A stretch of 63,955 bases of DNA, filler included, from Reclinomonas americana ATCC 50394 (taxonomy: Eukaryota): NCBI GenBank assembly GCA_048213135.1. It is 7 parts of 7 records of this genome, joined end to end, with 100 filler letters (N's around TTAATTAATTAA, not from the genome) between each part and the next. Parts side by side here need not be neighbours in the genome. Positions count along the whole stretch, not along the records: positions 1 to 14,361 come from PS015977.1; 6 more parts are not named here. One strand, given 5' to 3'. Under the pieces are notes generated by a model. That model had not been told where the DNA came from, did no database searches, and saw only the letters and a list, made by a program, of their open reading frames with translations. Positions 1 through 13,009 of this stretch are shown piece after piece. Position 1 is the first letter of the stretch. Every line of letters starts with the position of its first letter. The position numbers and the translations under genes were made by a program.

Positions 1-565
1 CCGTCTACCTCTCGTGTCGTCGTCGTGTCTCTCGTCGTCTCTCCTCCTCTCTCTATCTCTCTCGCTCCTCTCTCTCTCTCATTCTCTCTACTTCTCTCTC
101 TCTCTCTCTCTCTCTATCCTAAAGCACTCACCCTCCATCTCCACTGCACAGCCGACGTGGTAATCCAAGTGGCCGGCCATCGCTCCAACCTGTCCAAACT
201 GGCGGAGGCCGCACAGAAACGCCTGGCCAAGCGCGACGTCCGCATCGAGAACGTGCTGGAGCCACCAGAGCGACACATCTGTTTGAGTCGCGCCGACATT
301 CCTGGACTGCGACAGTTGCGTACACCAGCATGCACGTGCTGTCGCTCTGCAAAGAAATCACTCACCCCGCGTCCCTTTCTCATTGCACAAATACACAGAT
401 ATCCCTCTGTATAATGAGCAGCAATAATAACACAGTAAAAGGCAGCTGCAATGTTGATCGAGATCGACCGTTCGGAAGGGCTTCGAGCTCGCGCTCGTTG
501 GTCGGCCAGCTGGCTGAGGGTGCCTACAGCGACGTGTGGTCGCTTTTGCGACTCATCGCCACAGG

Positions 566-3500
566 TCATACCGCTGACTCAACTGTCGTTGTGCTGTTGA
601 TGCTGCCGACGGTCTGCAACGACACGTCGCTGCCGGGGGCTGCAGAGAGGGATGAGGAAAGTGGAGGAGAGGAGAGAAGGAGAGAGCACGAGCGCACGCA
701 CTGTCACTTGGCGTTGGCTTCAAGGCAGCGGTGTCGACAGCTTGCTTCTCTTGTTTGGAGGCACGGAAATCGGCGTAGTTGAAGACGATGATGCCGAAGA
801 CGATGAGGCCGAAGGCGATGAAGAATAGGGCGGTCGGCTGTGCGGGCGAAGGGAAAGTGAGGCAATGAGGGAAAGGGAATAGGAAAGGGGAAAGGGGGGG
901 AGGACAAAGGGAAAGGGAAGGGAAAGGAGGAGGGAAGCAAGAGCCGAAGAGGGAAGCGACGACATCGTGATGCAAGAGCGACAGGAAGATGTAAAAGGCA
1001 TGGGTGAAGAGAATTACCCACTATAAGGGGTCAGAAGGCGAGGACCAAGAAGCGACTAATGATCAAGCAGTGGAAAGAGTGAGAAGAGAGGAGCGCAAAG
1101 GGAAAGAAGGAAAGAGGGAAAGCGCGACAAGAAGCGATGCAATAGCCACAGGAAAATGGAAAAAAAAGAGGAAAAGAATGAGCCGCTGCAATCAGAAGCG
1201 ACCAATGATGCAGTAATGGAAAGGGTGAGAAGAGCCACAGGAAAAAATGGAAAAATTGGGCGAAGAGTGTGAGCCGCTGCAATCAGCAGCGATCAATGAT
1301 GCAGTAATGAAAAGGGTGAGAAGAAGAGGGCATGTGGAAAGAAGGAAGAAAAGCGCAACGGTAAGTTATGCAAGAGCCACAGAAAAATGGAAAAAAAGAA
1401 GTTGGCGCGAAGAGAAGGAGCCACTGCAAGCACTTCCCAATCTTCCAAGGTATATCTCTCTCGTTCTCTCCTCTCCCTCTCATTTCTTTCTCTGTCTGTC
1501 TGAACTTTTCTCTTTTCTTCCACAACTCACACCTCCTTATCTATTATCCTCCCTCACTCTCTTCCTTGCCGGCTTTTCTGTCCCTCGCTCTATCGTTCTC
1601 TCTCTCTCTCTCTCAGTTCTTCCACACCCTCTCTCCATTCTCCATAACTCAACTTCTCCCTCTCTATTATTCCTCTCTTTCTCCTTTGCTTTGCCTCCCA
1701 CTCTTTACCCCTGCCCTCTCCATCTCATTCTCCCTCCCTCCCTTCCCTCTCAGCTTCCCCCACCACTCACCCTGTAATCAAACAGCGCATACCCGACCAC
1801 CACGGCCCACACATCCGACGTGAGAAAGTTGAGATTCATAAACGTGGCCGAGCTCCGCGACAGCAGGGTCGGCGTCAACGAGTACAACAGGAACAGGCAT
1901 CCCGCATAACCGAACAGCAGCAGCACTGCATCGACAGGCACGTCAGCGACAGAGACAGGAACTTTGCAAACAATCTTCCCTTCACCATTCTTGGTCGACC
2001 ACACAATCGTCGCAATCTCCTGTCGCTCGAGCACCGCGAGCTGCACGCCGCTCAGCAGCGCACCAAAGAGACCGAGCATGGCCAGGAACTCGATCTTGTC
2101 GAAGCGCTTGACAATGGCCTCCTCGCACACGTTGGAGACGGCGTACAGGAAGGCGCCAATGAGGCACAGGGCGTCGCCGAGGATGACGTTGGAGCCCTCG
2201 TTGGTGTGATTGCCGCTGCTGCGGTCGTAGTCGCTAAAGACGAGCGTCACGAGGCCGCCCATGCAGACCACCACGCCGACAAAGTGGAGGAGGCGGTAGC
2301 GCGAGCGGAGGAAGATGAACGACAGCACCATGACGGAGGGGATGGTGAAGCAGTCCAGGAGTTGCACGGAGGTGATGGTGGTGTATTGGTAGGCCTTGAC
2401 GACGGCGTAGTTGGCCTGAAGAGGGAAGGGGGGAGAAAAAGGAGAAGGGGGAGAAACGGAGAAGGGGGGGGGGGGGAAGGGGGAAAGTGAGAAGGAGGAG
2501 CACATAACCAGCGGTCGAAGGGGACGACTCGAGTCGAGCTCCTCGTCGCCACCACGGTAAATCACCGCCAACTCATTGGTCATGTAATCTCTAGCACACA
2601 CTCTTTCGAGGCGAAATGTATGTTTTTTCTTGCTTCCTTTACGTACAAGAACACTACAACAACAACAACACTAACAACGGGGAGGGGACGGGTGAGGGAA
2701 GAGGAGGGAAGGGGGGAAAGGGAAGGGGACTTGGGAAGGGAGAGGTGAGAGGGCGGAAGTGGGAAGGGGGGAAAGGAAATGAGAAAGGTGAGAGAGAAGA
2801 GCCTGGGAGGAAAACGGCAAGATGGGATGGAAACGAGAAGGGAGAAGAGAGACGGGAGGAACAGGAGAGAGAGAGAGAAAGCGAGAGAACGATGAGAGAC
2901 GAAACGACACGGAAGCAGCGTGAGAAAAGATGGGAGAGAAATACAAGAGGGCGAGCGAGAGAGATGAATAGATGAGAACGCGAAAGCGATTGTGAAATAT
3001 GATAATATGTGCGCGTCTGCGTGAGAGAGGGAGAGAGATAGAGATCGAGAGGAGAACGGAGTACTTTCGCCAGAAGAGTACGGGGAGAGGTCGGAACTGC
3101 ATGACGGTCGCGAATTCAAGGCGTGCGCGACACGGAGAGTCGAGACGAACACGGTCGAGAGGCAGAGCGCATATCACGGCAGAGGGATGGCCATCACCAA
3201 AGAGAAAAAGCCCAATGAGGCAGAGAATCGAAAAGAACATGACAAGAAAGAGACAGAGAGGCAAGGCTGTCGACGGGAGCGGCAAAGTGGACGAAGGCGA
3301 TCAAGAGCAAGTGCAGAGAGAGAATGTCAGGGTGAAGACGCAGGGCCAGGGACTGACGCAGAAAACCTGCGAGAAAGAAGGCGAACAAGCAAGAGATACA
3401 GAGGTAAGGCCGTCAGCAGGAGCAGGAAGGAGGACAAGAGCGATCAAGAGCCCGAGACAGAGACGAATGAGTGAAAAGGAAGGAAATGAACGACGATTGA

Positions 3501-4249
3501 GAACGTGAGCGAGACGGATAGATTCGAGGAAGAGCATGACAAGTAAGAGACAGAGAGGTAAGGCCGTCGGGAGGAGCAGGAAGGAGAACAATAACGATCA
3601 AGAGCCCAACGAGTGGAGAGAGAATATGCCAATCGAGAGACTGAGAGAGGCGAAGAATAAGTGGAGGGAGAGAGAATTGAGAAAGAGAGAGAGAGAGAGA
3701 GAGAGACGAGGACGCCAGTCAGCGATCAGCATAACCTCACCAAGAACACAAGACACAGAGAGAAGAGAGCGAACAAAAGCCCAAATGCAGCTCCCACCCA
3801 ATCAATCACTCACATCTCACTCCCTCACACACACACACACTCACCTCCACATCACACACCGCCAACAACGCATACTTCCACCACGCCACAGACAAGCTCC
3901 ACACAGAGACATGATCCCCATCAGAAGCATCAGTCACCAGTGTCGACTGATGCACCAGCAGCACATCAGTCTCCTCGTTGCTGTTTACACAAGCCGCCAC
4001 AGCCGGAGCCGCAGCGCCGTCTACACAAAGAGCAGCCTTCCGCTTTCTGTTCCGTAGACGCACGCGCTTCACCAGCCACCAGGTACCGTAGACGAGTGTC
4101 AGTGCGAGGTAGTGTGCCATGGATTGTGTGGTCGAGGCGTTTACTCCGTCCAGTGAGAGGTATGTGGAGGTGACGCCGGTGCCGGTAAGGCAGCCGGAGA
4201 GCAGCTGTGCGAGGAGGAGCAGGAGGACCAGCTGGCGAGTGCTGCTCAT
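566..4249 (-). CDS. SLC35F1/F2-like (DUF914) solute transporter, multi-exon
   Basis: Exons translate to LLLAQLLSGCLTGTGVTSTYL...TTQSMAHYLALTLVY, WWKYALLAVCDVE|ANYAVVKAYQYTTITSVQLLDCFTIP, GDALCLIGAFLYAVSNVCEE, EFLAMLGLFG, SSATFMNLNFLTSDVWAV and LFFIAFGLIVFGIIVFN. These are hallmark SLC35F1/F2 segments, separated by GT-AG introns. Confidence 0.9.
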
Positions 4250-4987
4250 CGTGGGGAGAATGGAAAGAGTTGCAGGACACACTGGACATACATTGATGAC
4301 GGATACTGGAAGGGCGAGGAGAAGGAGGCAGAAGTCACTCTCGGTGCATGTAGATGAGAGAGAAGGCTGCTTATCCATGCAGCAAATCAGCTGCATGACG
4401 ATCGTTATCTCGAAAACGTCCGCCAGTCTCAATTGACCGTCTCCTTGTTGCCACCCACAGCTGCCTTCCACTTCCTGTTCCACATATGCATATTGCGCTT
4501 CACCAGCCGCCAGGTACCGTAGACGAGCGTCAGTGCGAGGTAGTGTGCCATGGATTGTGTGGTCGAGGCGTTTACTCCGTCCAGTGAGAGGTATGTGGAG
4601 GTGACGCCGGTGCCGGTTAGGCAGCCGGAGAGCAGCTGTGCGAGGAGGAGAAGGAGGACCAGCTGGCGAGTGCTGCTCATCGTGGGGAGAATGGAAAAGA
4701 GGTGCAGGACACATGCATTGATGACGGATACTGGAAGGGCGTGGAGAAGGAGGCAGAAGTCGACCTTGGTGCAAATAGATGAGATAGAAGCCTTGCTTAT
4801 CCATACAGCAACGCAGCTGCATGACGACAGTTATCTCGAAAACGTCCATCAGTCTCAATTGACCGTCTCCTTGTTGCCACCCACAGCTGCCTTCCACTTC
4901 CTGTTCCACATATGCATGTTGCGCTTCACCAGCCACCAGGTACCGTAGACGAGTGTCAGTGCGACCATGGATTGTGTGGTCGATGCG
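4064..4987. repeat. Tandem duplication (~430-bp unit, two full copies plus a partial third) of the 5' end of the SLC35F gene
   Basis: gcgcttcaccagcc(a/g)ccaggtaccgtagacgag recurs at ~4064, ~4495 and ~4921. The second copy gives the truncated 83-aa ORF 4429-4680. Confidence 0.9.
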
Positions 4988-5092
4988 ACTCTGTCTCCCC
5001 GAGGCAGGAAGAAGGCTGACACTGCTGAGAGACTACCATTCACAGCTTGCATTTCACTCCTCGTCCACTCCACTGCCACCTGCCGTCTCCTC

Positions 5093-6659
5093 TCACAAGT
5101 GCTGCGTGCAGGCAGCGGAGACACCCGACGGTGTGGCTGGTGAGTACGAGCAGTACGTGCACTGTGCACGGCGGCTGGCGTCGAAGCCGGCGAGGTCCAT
5201 GCGCGCGTGAACGATGAGGAGTTGGGCGTGGCGCACAAAGCGGGTGAGGTCTTCCGATTTGCTGCTGTCGGTGAAGTAGGAGAAGAGGTCCTGCGAGTGG
5301 GGGAAGAGGAAGGGGGAGAAGGGTTAGGGGAAAAAGGGCAAAGGATAGCGAATGAGAGGAGAAAGGGGAAGAAATGGATAGAAGACGGACGGAGACACGG
5401 TAAGCAATCAGACGAAGAGATCAAGCGATAGTAAAGGGGAGGGCAAGTAATGCAGCAAGCAATAGTGCACGAATGGCGACAGAAGAAGGCAGAATAACAA
5501 GACATGAGGCAAGAGGAAAGAAAGACGAAGTGCACGATCGGCAGATGTTGTGACAGAGAACGCAAGGTGAAAGTGAGTCAAGGGCAAACCGAAGGGAAGC
5601 ACATAAGAGAAGAGGGCACGAAAACAGAGATAGGAAGAGAACATGAACACTGCAAGAGAATGAATCCAGTGAATGAAGGGAGAGAGACAGAGAAGAGCAA
5701 AAAAACAGCGCCCAGAGACAAGATAATTACGTGAGAACGAGAGAAATGAAGACAGCATCGTGGGAGAGTCCCAGCGAAATGCAACGCACCGACGGCACAC
5801 CCGAGTCAGGAATCAAGCTCTTGCGGATGGCCTTCTGCAGTTTGTGTCCCTGGAAGAGACCTGTTGCACACAGCATGAGACCAAGCGCATTCAAGGACAT
5901 CCCATGCCAGGCTCACCAATTTTGTCGCTGTCGCGCAGCTTTGGCAGCAGTGGCTTCAATCGCGTGTGGAACTCCTCAATGTCGATGAATCGAGACGCCG
6001 GCACCGAACGGACCTCCGAGGTGTTGAACAAAATGGTGCCGAAGCTGGCGTGAGGGAGAATGAGAAGGGATGAGAAAAAAAGAAGATCTGATTTGATCTC
6101 TCTCACTCAGTCACTCGGTCTGCACCTCTCTCTCGCTCGCTCTCTCTCTCTCTCCCTCTCTCTGCCTGCCTGTCTCTCTGTCTCTCTCCCTCTCTCTGTC
6201 TATCTGTCTATCTGTCTCTCTCGTCTCTCTCCCTCTCCCTCTATCTCTCTCTCTCTCTCTCTGCCTGATTGTCTCTCAGTCTTTCTCCCTCTCTCTGTCT
6301 ATCTGTCTCTCTCCCTCTCTCTCTCTCCCTCTCTCTGTCTGTCTGTCTCTCTGTCTCTCTGTCTCTCTCCCTCTCTCTGTCTGTCTGTTTGCTCGTCCGT
6401 CTGTCTGTATATGTCTCACACAGTTCTCTCCAACTAAACCTCTCTCACTCTCTGTGAGATCATACGCCATTTTGTCCCTTTCACGCACCCACACAGAGGC
6501 GACGGTCTGATCAGGTAGCTACCGAGGCCAAACAGCTTCAAGAACGGTTCCAAAATCGAGCCTGCCGTCACGGGGAAAAAGTCTGCAACCGAGAAAAACG
6601 AGCGTGAGTTTAGTTTCACAGTCTCTCTCTGTCTTTCTTTCTCTGTGTGCATATGTGCG

Positions 6660-6729
<70 letters not shown>

Positions 6730-9700
6730 CTCACTCGAGTGGGTGCGAATTTCACAATCTCTTTCTGCCTCTCTTTCCGTGAGTGTGAGAATACGCATGT
6801 GTGTATGAGTGCGTGCCGCTCTGTATCGAGACTCACTCGGACGCTTTTACGCAAATCTAACAAACGCACACCCTCGCTTGCTCGCTCTCTGGTGAAGATT
6901 CTCATACACATCCAACAAGCACAAGCACCTCTGCAGCACACACTCTTTCACCCCACACATGAGTTGGCCAAACTAGAAGAAGGCCAAGGAGTTCAAGAGG
7001 TCGAGGGTCAAGAATATCCCCCTCTCTCCTCCTTTTCTTCCTCCCCTCTCTTACCCTTCTCTCCTCCCTTCCCCTCACATTCCCCTCCTCACCATCGATG
7101 GAAATCTGCCCGCCACTCGCCGCCGCCACCGTCTCCATCAGCTCACACGGATCCAACGAAAACTGCTTCTTGCGGTCCCTCAGTGACTCAATAATCTCGC
7201 CCGGCGGCCGCTCCAACGACAACACCACAATCGGCACAGTGGCGTACGCACTGCGCAGCTCGGCCAGGATCTCGGTGAGATCGGGGAACGGGCGACTGAC
7301 GCCGAGGGTGACGCCGAGGCGCAGATTGGTGATGCCCTGCGTGAGACGAATTCAGAAGACATCAACGAAAAAGAATGGAGAGCACGCCGTTCCACTCGTC
7401 TGACTCGCATTCTCTCGTTTCCACTCGCACTCTCTCGTTTCCCCTCGCATTCTCTCGTTTCCACTCGCATTCTCTCGTTTCCACTCGCACTCTCCGTTTC
7501 CCCTCGCATTCTCTCGTTTCCACTCGCATTCTCTCGTTTCCCCCCGCATTCTCTCGTTTGCACTCGCGTTTTCTCGTTTCCACTCACTCTCTCTCGCTTC
7601 AACTCGCTCTCTCTGGTTTCCACTCGCTCTCTCTGGTTTCCCCTCGCATTCTCTCGTTTCCCCCCGCATTCTCTCGTTTGCACTCGCTCCCTCTCGTTTC
7701 CACTCACTCTCTCTCGCTTCAACTCGCTCTCTCTGGTTTCCACTCGCTCTCTCTGGTTTCCCCTCGCATTCTCTCGTTTCCCCTCGCTCCCTCTCGCTTC
7801 CCCTCGCTCCCTCTCGTTTCCCCTCGCTCCCTCTCGTTTCCCCTCGCTCCCTCTCGTTTCCACTCGCATTCTCTCGTTTCTTCTCGTTCCCTTTCATTTC
7901 CCCTCGCTTCCTCTCGTTTCCACTCGCATTCTCTCGTTTCCACTCGGAATCTCTCGTTTTCCACTTGCATTCTCTCGTTTCCACTCGCATTCTCTCGTTT
8001 CTCCTCGCTTCCTCTCGTTTCCACTCGCATTCCCTCGTTTCCACTCGCTCCCTCTCGTTTCCACTCACATTCTGTCGCTTCCACTCGCATTCTCTCTCTC
8101 CCCTCCCCTCCCTACCCCTCCCTTCTCTTCCCCTCCTTTCCCCTCCCCTCCCTATCCCTCCCCTCCCCCCTCCCCTTCCCTATCACCGCAACTGCCAATT
8201 CCCGAAACACCGCGCGCAGCTCCTTGATGCACTGCGCCTCCTCGCCCTGCTTGACAAAAATCTTCACCGCCGGATTCACCCGCGGATTCAACAGCACCGT
8301 GTCCTCGAGCTTGGCCAGCGGGGCCATGCGGTCAAACGGCAGCTCCATCACCATCAGCGCCTCCGCCGGCACAATGTCGGTGACGAAGCCCATTTGTCCG
8401 TTCAGCGTCTCCACGTCGACGGTGAGGCCGCCGGTCACTTTCAGGATGAAGCGCGTGTTCGGGTAGCGTTCGTAGAGGGCCATGAATTGGGCTACGCGCT
8501 CGCGCAGCTGGTAGTTGGGCACGAAGCGGCCGTTCTCGAAGACGGCCATCTCCAGGACGAAGGGTGGGGCGGTGCGCGGCGGTTGTTTGACGTCTTCCAG
8601 GTCGCGTACGGCAAAGTCGCCGATGGGCATTTCGGAGGTGGCGTAGCGGAGCATCTGGGGAGGGGGAGGGGTGAAGGGGAAGGGTAGAGGGGGAAGAAGG
8701 GGAAGGGGTGAGGTGAAGGGGGAAAAGCGAGGGGGAAGAGCATAGAGGAAGCAAAGGGGGAAGGAAAGAGGAGAGAGCAAGGAGAAGAGCATCAGGAAGG
8801 GAAGGGGGAAGAGCAAGGGGGGAGAGCAACGGGGGAAGAGCAACGGGGGAAGAGCAATGGGGAATAACAAGGGAGAGCAGGGGGGAGAGCATGGAGGAAG
8901 AGCATGGGGGAAGAGCAAGGGAGAAAGACCAAGGGGGAAGACAAAGGGGGATGAGCAAGGGGGGAAGAGCATAGGGGGGATGGGGGAGAGCACTGGGGGG
9001 AAGAGCAAGGGCAAAGAGCGAAAGGGGAAGAGCAAGCGGGAAGAGCAAGGGGGAGGGAGACGTGGAAAGGCGACGAGGAGAATAAGGGGAACGCGAAGGA
9101 GAGAAAGAAGGCGGACAGTGAATGACAGATTAGCAGCGAATCGAGTCAATGGAGAGCAGAGAAAGAGTGAGACCGCTGCCAAACGAGAAGCAGAGAGAGA
9201 GAGAGGAAGAGAGAAGACTGAAAGACAGCAAGGAATAGCAAGGTGCACATAACAGGCATGAAATGAGTAAATGGCGAGAGAAAGGAGAGGCGCCATGAGA
9301 CCGACACAATCCCTTGCGCCTGACAGCACTCACCCTGCGGAAAAACGCCGAACTCTTGCAGTACAGCGTCGGCACCTCGCCGTGCGTCTCACAGCGGATC
9401 ACCAAGTACACAGAGCCGAGGCGGTCTTCGACGGTGGCTCGGCACAGTTCCATGGCTAAGGAGAAGGAGTTAAGGGAAAGAGACACAACAGAGAGTCAGT
9501 GGCACAGGAGGTTAAGAGAGGTCACGCGGCTCAGGTGGAAAGGTGAATGGCACAAAAGGGAGCTCTCAGCGAGCAGAGAGACAGAGAAGGAGAAGAGGAG
9601 AGGACAAAAGGAAAGAGACAAAATAGAGAGTCAGTTGCACAGGAGGCTAACAGAGGTCACGCGGCTCAGGTGGAAAGGTGAATGAAGAGCACAAAAGGGA

Positions 9701-10433
9701 GCTCTCAGTGAGCAGAGAGACAGAGAAGGAGAAGGAGAGGATAAAGGGAAAGAGACACAACTGAGAGTCAGTGGCACAGGAGGTTAAGAGAGGTCATGCG
9801 GTTCAGGTGGAAAGGTGAATGAATGAAGAGCACAAAAGGGAGCTCTCAGTGAGCGGAGAGACAGAGAAGGAGAAGGAGAGGATAAAGGGAAAGAGACACA
9901 AGGGAGAGTCAGTTGCTCAGGAGGTTAAGAGAGGTGATGCGGTTCAGGTGGAAAGGTGAATGAAGGAAGAGCAAAAAAAGGGAGCTCAGTGAGAGAGAGA
10001 GGAAATTTGAGCTGAAAGCAGAGTCTGATTGCTGAATGCATGCATCTCACAATGCTCTCTCTCTCTCACACACATACACTAGCTCTCTTATATACTGATA
10101 TACACTCTCCTCTTCCTCTCATTGTGTCTCACTCTCCTCTTCCTCAATATTTTCCTCTCTCTCACTCTCTCACATTTCACTCACTCTTCGTCTCTCGCTC
10201 CCTCTCTCTCTCTCCCCTCTCTCTTACACACACTGTCTCCACCACACTCACGCTTCCTATCAATAAACATGCACAAAGGGCACATTGTTTGTGTGGAATA
10301 CAACACTTCTTGCTCCACAGACGAAGTCGGAGAGAGAGGCTGCGTCAAGAGGAGGCATGAGTGAGTGAGAGACATAGTGAGTGAGAGAGTGAGTGAGTGA
10401 GAGACGCACAGCAGAGCTCGCACTCGCGGCCAT
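5093..10433 (-). CDS. Spliced, degenerate radical-SAM protein resembling the MJ0619/tetraether synthase (Tes) family; no CxxxCxxC motif seen
   Basis: Spliced exons give MAASASSA|PLSPTSSVEQEVLYSTQTMCPLCMFIDRK|PMELCRATVEDRLGSVYLVIRCETHG..., FILKVTGG, VADFFPV...RPSPLCG, VPASRFIDIEEF and LLIVHARMDLAGFDASRRAQCTYCSYSPATPSGVSAACTQHL*. The order matches the family's N-terminal CPxC...CxxHG, DFxP, HPxCG, TRFIDVE and MDxxxFDxxRxxxC blocks. Confidence 0.6.
6661..6728. repeat. (TG)n microsatellite
   Basis: Uninterrupted TG run. Confidence 0.95.
7403..8097. repeat. Intronic 20-bp minisatellite (CCACTCGCATTCTCTCGTTT-like)
   Basis: More than 30 near-identical 20-nt units. Confidence 0.95.
9470..9990. repeat. 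Intronic tandem repeat, ~125-bp unit, about 4 copies
   Basis: gagagtcagtggcacaggaggttaagagaggtca...caggtggaaaggtgaatg recurs. Confidence 0.85.
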
Positions 10434-11132
10434 TGTTTGTTGTTTGATTGAGTCGACGTCGATGTGTCCTGCGAGTCGGGAGAGGGAAACTGACACTGGC
10501 TGTGCGTGGATAGCAGTGGGGAGTGATAGATGGCTACCGACAAGCGTTATGTGGGGTTTGTTTGCGTTTGAAACAGAGTCGGGGATGCGAACAATGCGTG
10601 TCCTGTGCAAGTGTTTCTTCTGCGTGGCGATGAGAAGAATTCACTGGCCATCGTGCGCACCAATGCAGTGATCGCTGACATGTCTCCTCCGTCTTCTCTT
10701 GTTCAATTGAACTGAGTGGGTGCTGCAGAAGTTTGTGTCCTGCGCATGCGCAAGCATTCGTTGTAATTGGGCATTCGTTGACCGTGCACATCAAGGATAC
10801 GCAGAGAAGGTTGTGGAGCAGTGTTTTGTGATGGAGGTGTAGGGGGAAGAGTCTCATTCCCCAACTTTCTCCTTTCCAGTGAGGAAGTAACAGGACGACG
10901 TCGCTGTCCGCCAAAAACGGGACACAACACGGAAAAAAGGCAGTGCGAGAGGCAGAGAGAGGGAGTGTGCGTGTGTGTGTGAGAGAGAGAGAGCACGCTG
11001 CTGTTTTTCTCTCAAAGAAATGAGGTGTGCTGTGGTGTTGTCAGGTGGCATTCTTTCTCTCACTCTCAATCTCACTCGCGCTTCTGCTTTTGCCTCTTTG
11101 GTGGCAGTGCTCCTCGGAAGAAAGCATTCGAA

Positions 11133-13009
11133 ATGGCGTATGATGGCGATGTGGAGGCACTGCGCGAGTTGGTGGCGCGTGAGGGTGCACACACTCTGCT
11201 GAAGAGAGATGAGATGACTGGGACTGGCTGCTCGGTATTTTACTATGCCGCAATCTATGGCCATCTCTCTGTGTTGGAGTATTTGTGGGAGGAGAGTGGT
11301 GTGGGACCACAACTCGCACAAATGGTCGACAAATTTGGTTGGACGCCACTGATGGTGGCAGCCGGCAATGGGCATCTGCAAGTGGTGGAGTGGTTGCTTG
11401 CCGATGAGCGACGATGTCCGCCGGAGATGGTGCGGGCGGTCTCCAAAGACAGCCAGTCCACTGCTCTGCATTATGCTGCCTGGCAAGGCCACGAAGCCAT
11501 TGTGCGACTCCTCGCCACTCGCTTCCCCGACCTCATTCCCATGGGCGACAAGGAGGGCAAGACGGCGGCTCAAGTGGCACGTGACAAGGGCCATCAGCAG
11601 GTTGCCGACTTGCTTGACCGTCTCGCTGCACAACCAGCAGCACCACGCCAACAGCAACAACAGCAGCCGCGATCCCCGCCTCCTGCAGGTATGATCTCTA
11701 TTATGTCTGTTGGCAAGTTGTGTTCGTGCTCACGCTCCACCATCTGTGGTTTGTCCTGATGTGTCGTTTCTGGCGAATATGCAGTGCCAGCACGCCAGGT
11801 GAGACGGAGAGTGCCACTCTAGATCTCTGCTTCTTGTTGCTCGCGAAACTCACTTCTCGCATCCGTTCCGTGTCTCCCTCGCACTCTCGTAAATTGCAGT
11901 CGGCCGTTGACGATCCCACCGTCGCACGCCAGCTTGCCGACAAGGACGCACTCCTTGCCCAACTGCAGCGCGATTTTGCCGCAGCGCAGCGGGAGCGAGA
12001 GCAGCAGCAGCTAGAGTGGGATCAACAGCGGCGAGAGCACGAGGACGTCGTCGCCCAGTTGCAGCAAGATAAGGCCCAGGAGCAGCAGAAGAATGCCCAC
12101 TTGCAGCGAATCAACGCGGAGCTTGAGCGAGCCAAGGCTGAGGAGCAACAAAAGAACGCCCAACTGCAGCAGTCGGTCGGTGAATGGCAGCGTGCACATG
12201 GCAGCGAGCAGCAGAAGAATGCTCAGTTGCAGCAAGCCAACACGGAATGGCAGCAAGCTCATGGCCAAATACAGGCTCAACTGACAGTGGCCCTGCGCGA
12301 GAAGGACGACCTCACCGCGCAGCTGCAAGCAAGCAATCAACTCGTCTCCCAGCTGCGACAGGATCTCCTTCTCACCCAAGGTCTGTCTCTTGCCCTCTTC
12401 TTTCTTCATGACAGTGTCCAACGTCCTTCATTCTCATCCGTATGCTCACTTCCCCATCACCCCTGCCACAGTCGACACCGCCGTGCAACGCTTCGAGTGG
12501 CCCGAAATCATGCAAGCCACCAATTCATTCTCGCCACGCCTCAAGGTCGGCGAGGGCGGTCAGGGTGCCGTGTTCATCACTCTGCTTCGCGAGATGCACG
12601 TGGCCATCAAGGTGCTCGACCCCGATGCGCCGTGGACGATGGAGTCGTTTGAGAGTGAGGTCTGTGTGTTTCCCTCTCCTGTTTCTTCTCTCTCTCTCTC
12701 CTCATCTTTCTTCTCCATCCTCGCAGGTGACCACCCTCGGACGCCTGCGTGACCGCCGCATTGTGCCTCTTGTCGGTTACTCGGTGGGCGACGACAAGGC
12801 ACGCTGTCTCGTGTACAAGGCCCTGCAGTGCGTTTCCATCTCTCTCCCTTTCTCCCCGTCTTAACCATCATCTGACTGTGAAAACACACAGAGTCCCCAA
12901 TCTGGAGGATCTATTGCTGCTGCCACGCGCCGGTCGTGCACCACTCTCTGTCGTGCAGCGTGTGCAGATTGGTCTTGGATTGGCCGAGGCCGTGGTGTTC
13001 TTGCACAAG
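11133..13009 (+). CDS. Ankyrin-repeat + coiled-coil + IRAK/RLK-Pelle-type protein kinase, 5' part (to about subdomain VIa)
   Basis: Ankyrin repeats GWTPLMVAAGNGHLQVVEWLL, STALHYAAWQGHEAIVRLL and GKTAAQVA. Gln-rich coiled coil. RFEWPEIMQATNSFSPRLKVGEGGQGAVF...VAIKVL...FESEVTTLGRLRDRRIVPLVGY...QRVQIGLGLAEAVVFLH. Confidence 0.85.

Noticed and set aside
25..414. Plus-strand ORF at the window start
   Set aside because: Possibly a terminal exon after a CT-rich intron, but no family is recognisable.
7180..8100. Long ORFs over the 20-bp satellite (and similar ORFs at 39179-41811 and 43435-44870)
   Set aside because: Stop-free translations of simple intronic repeats.
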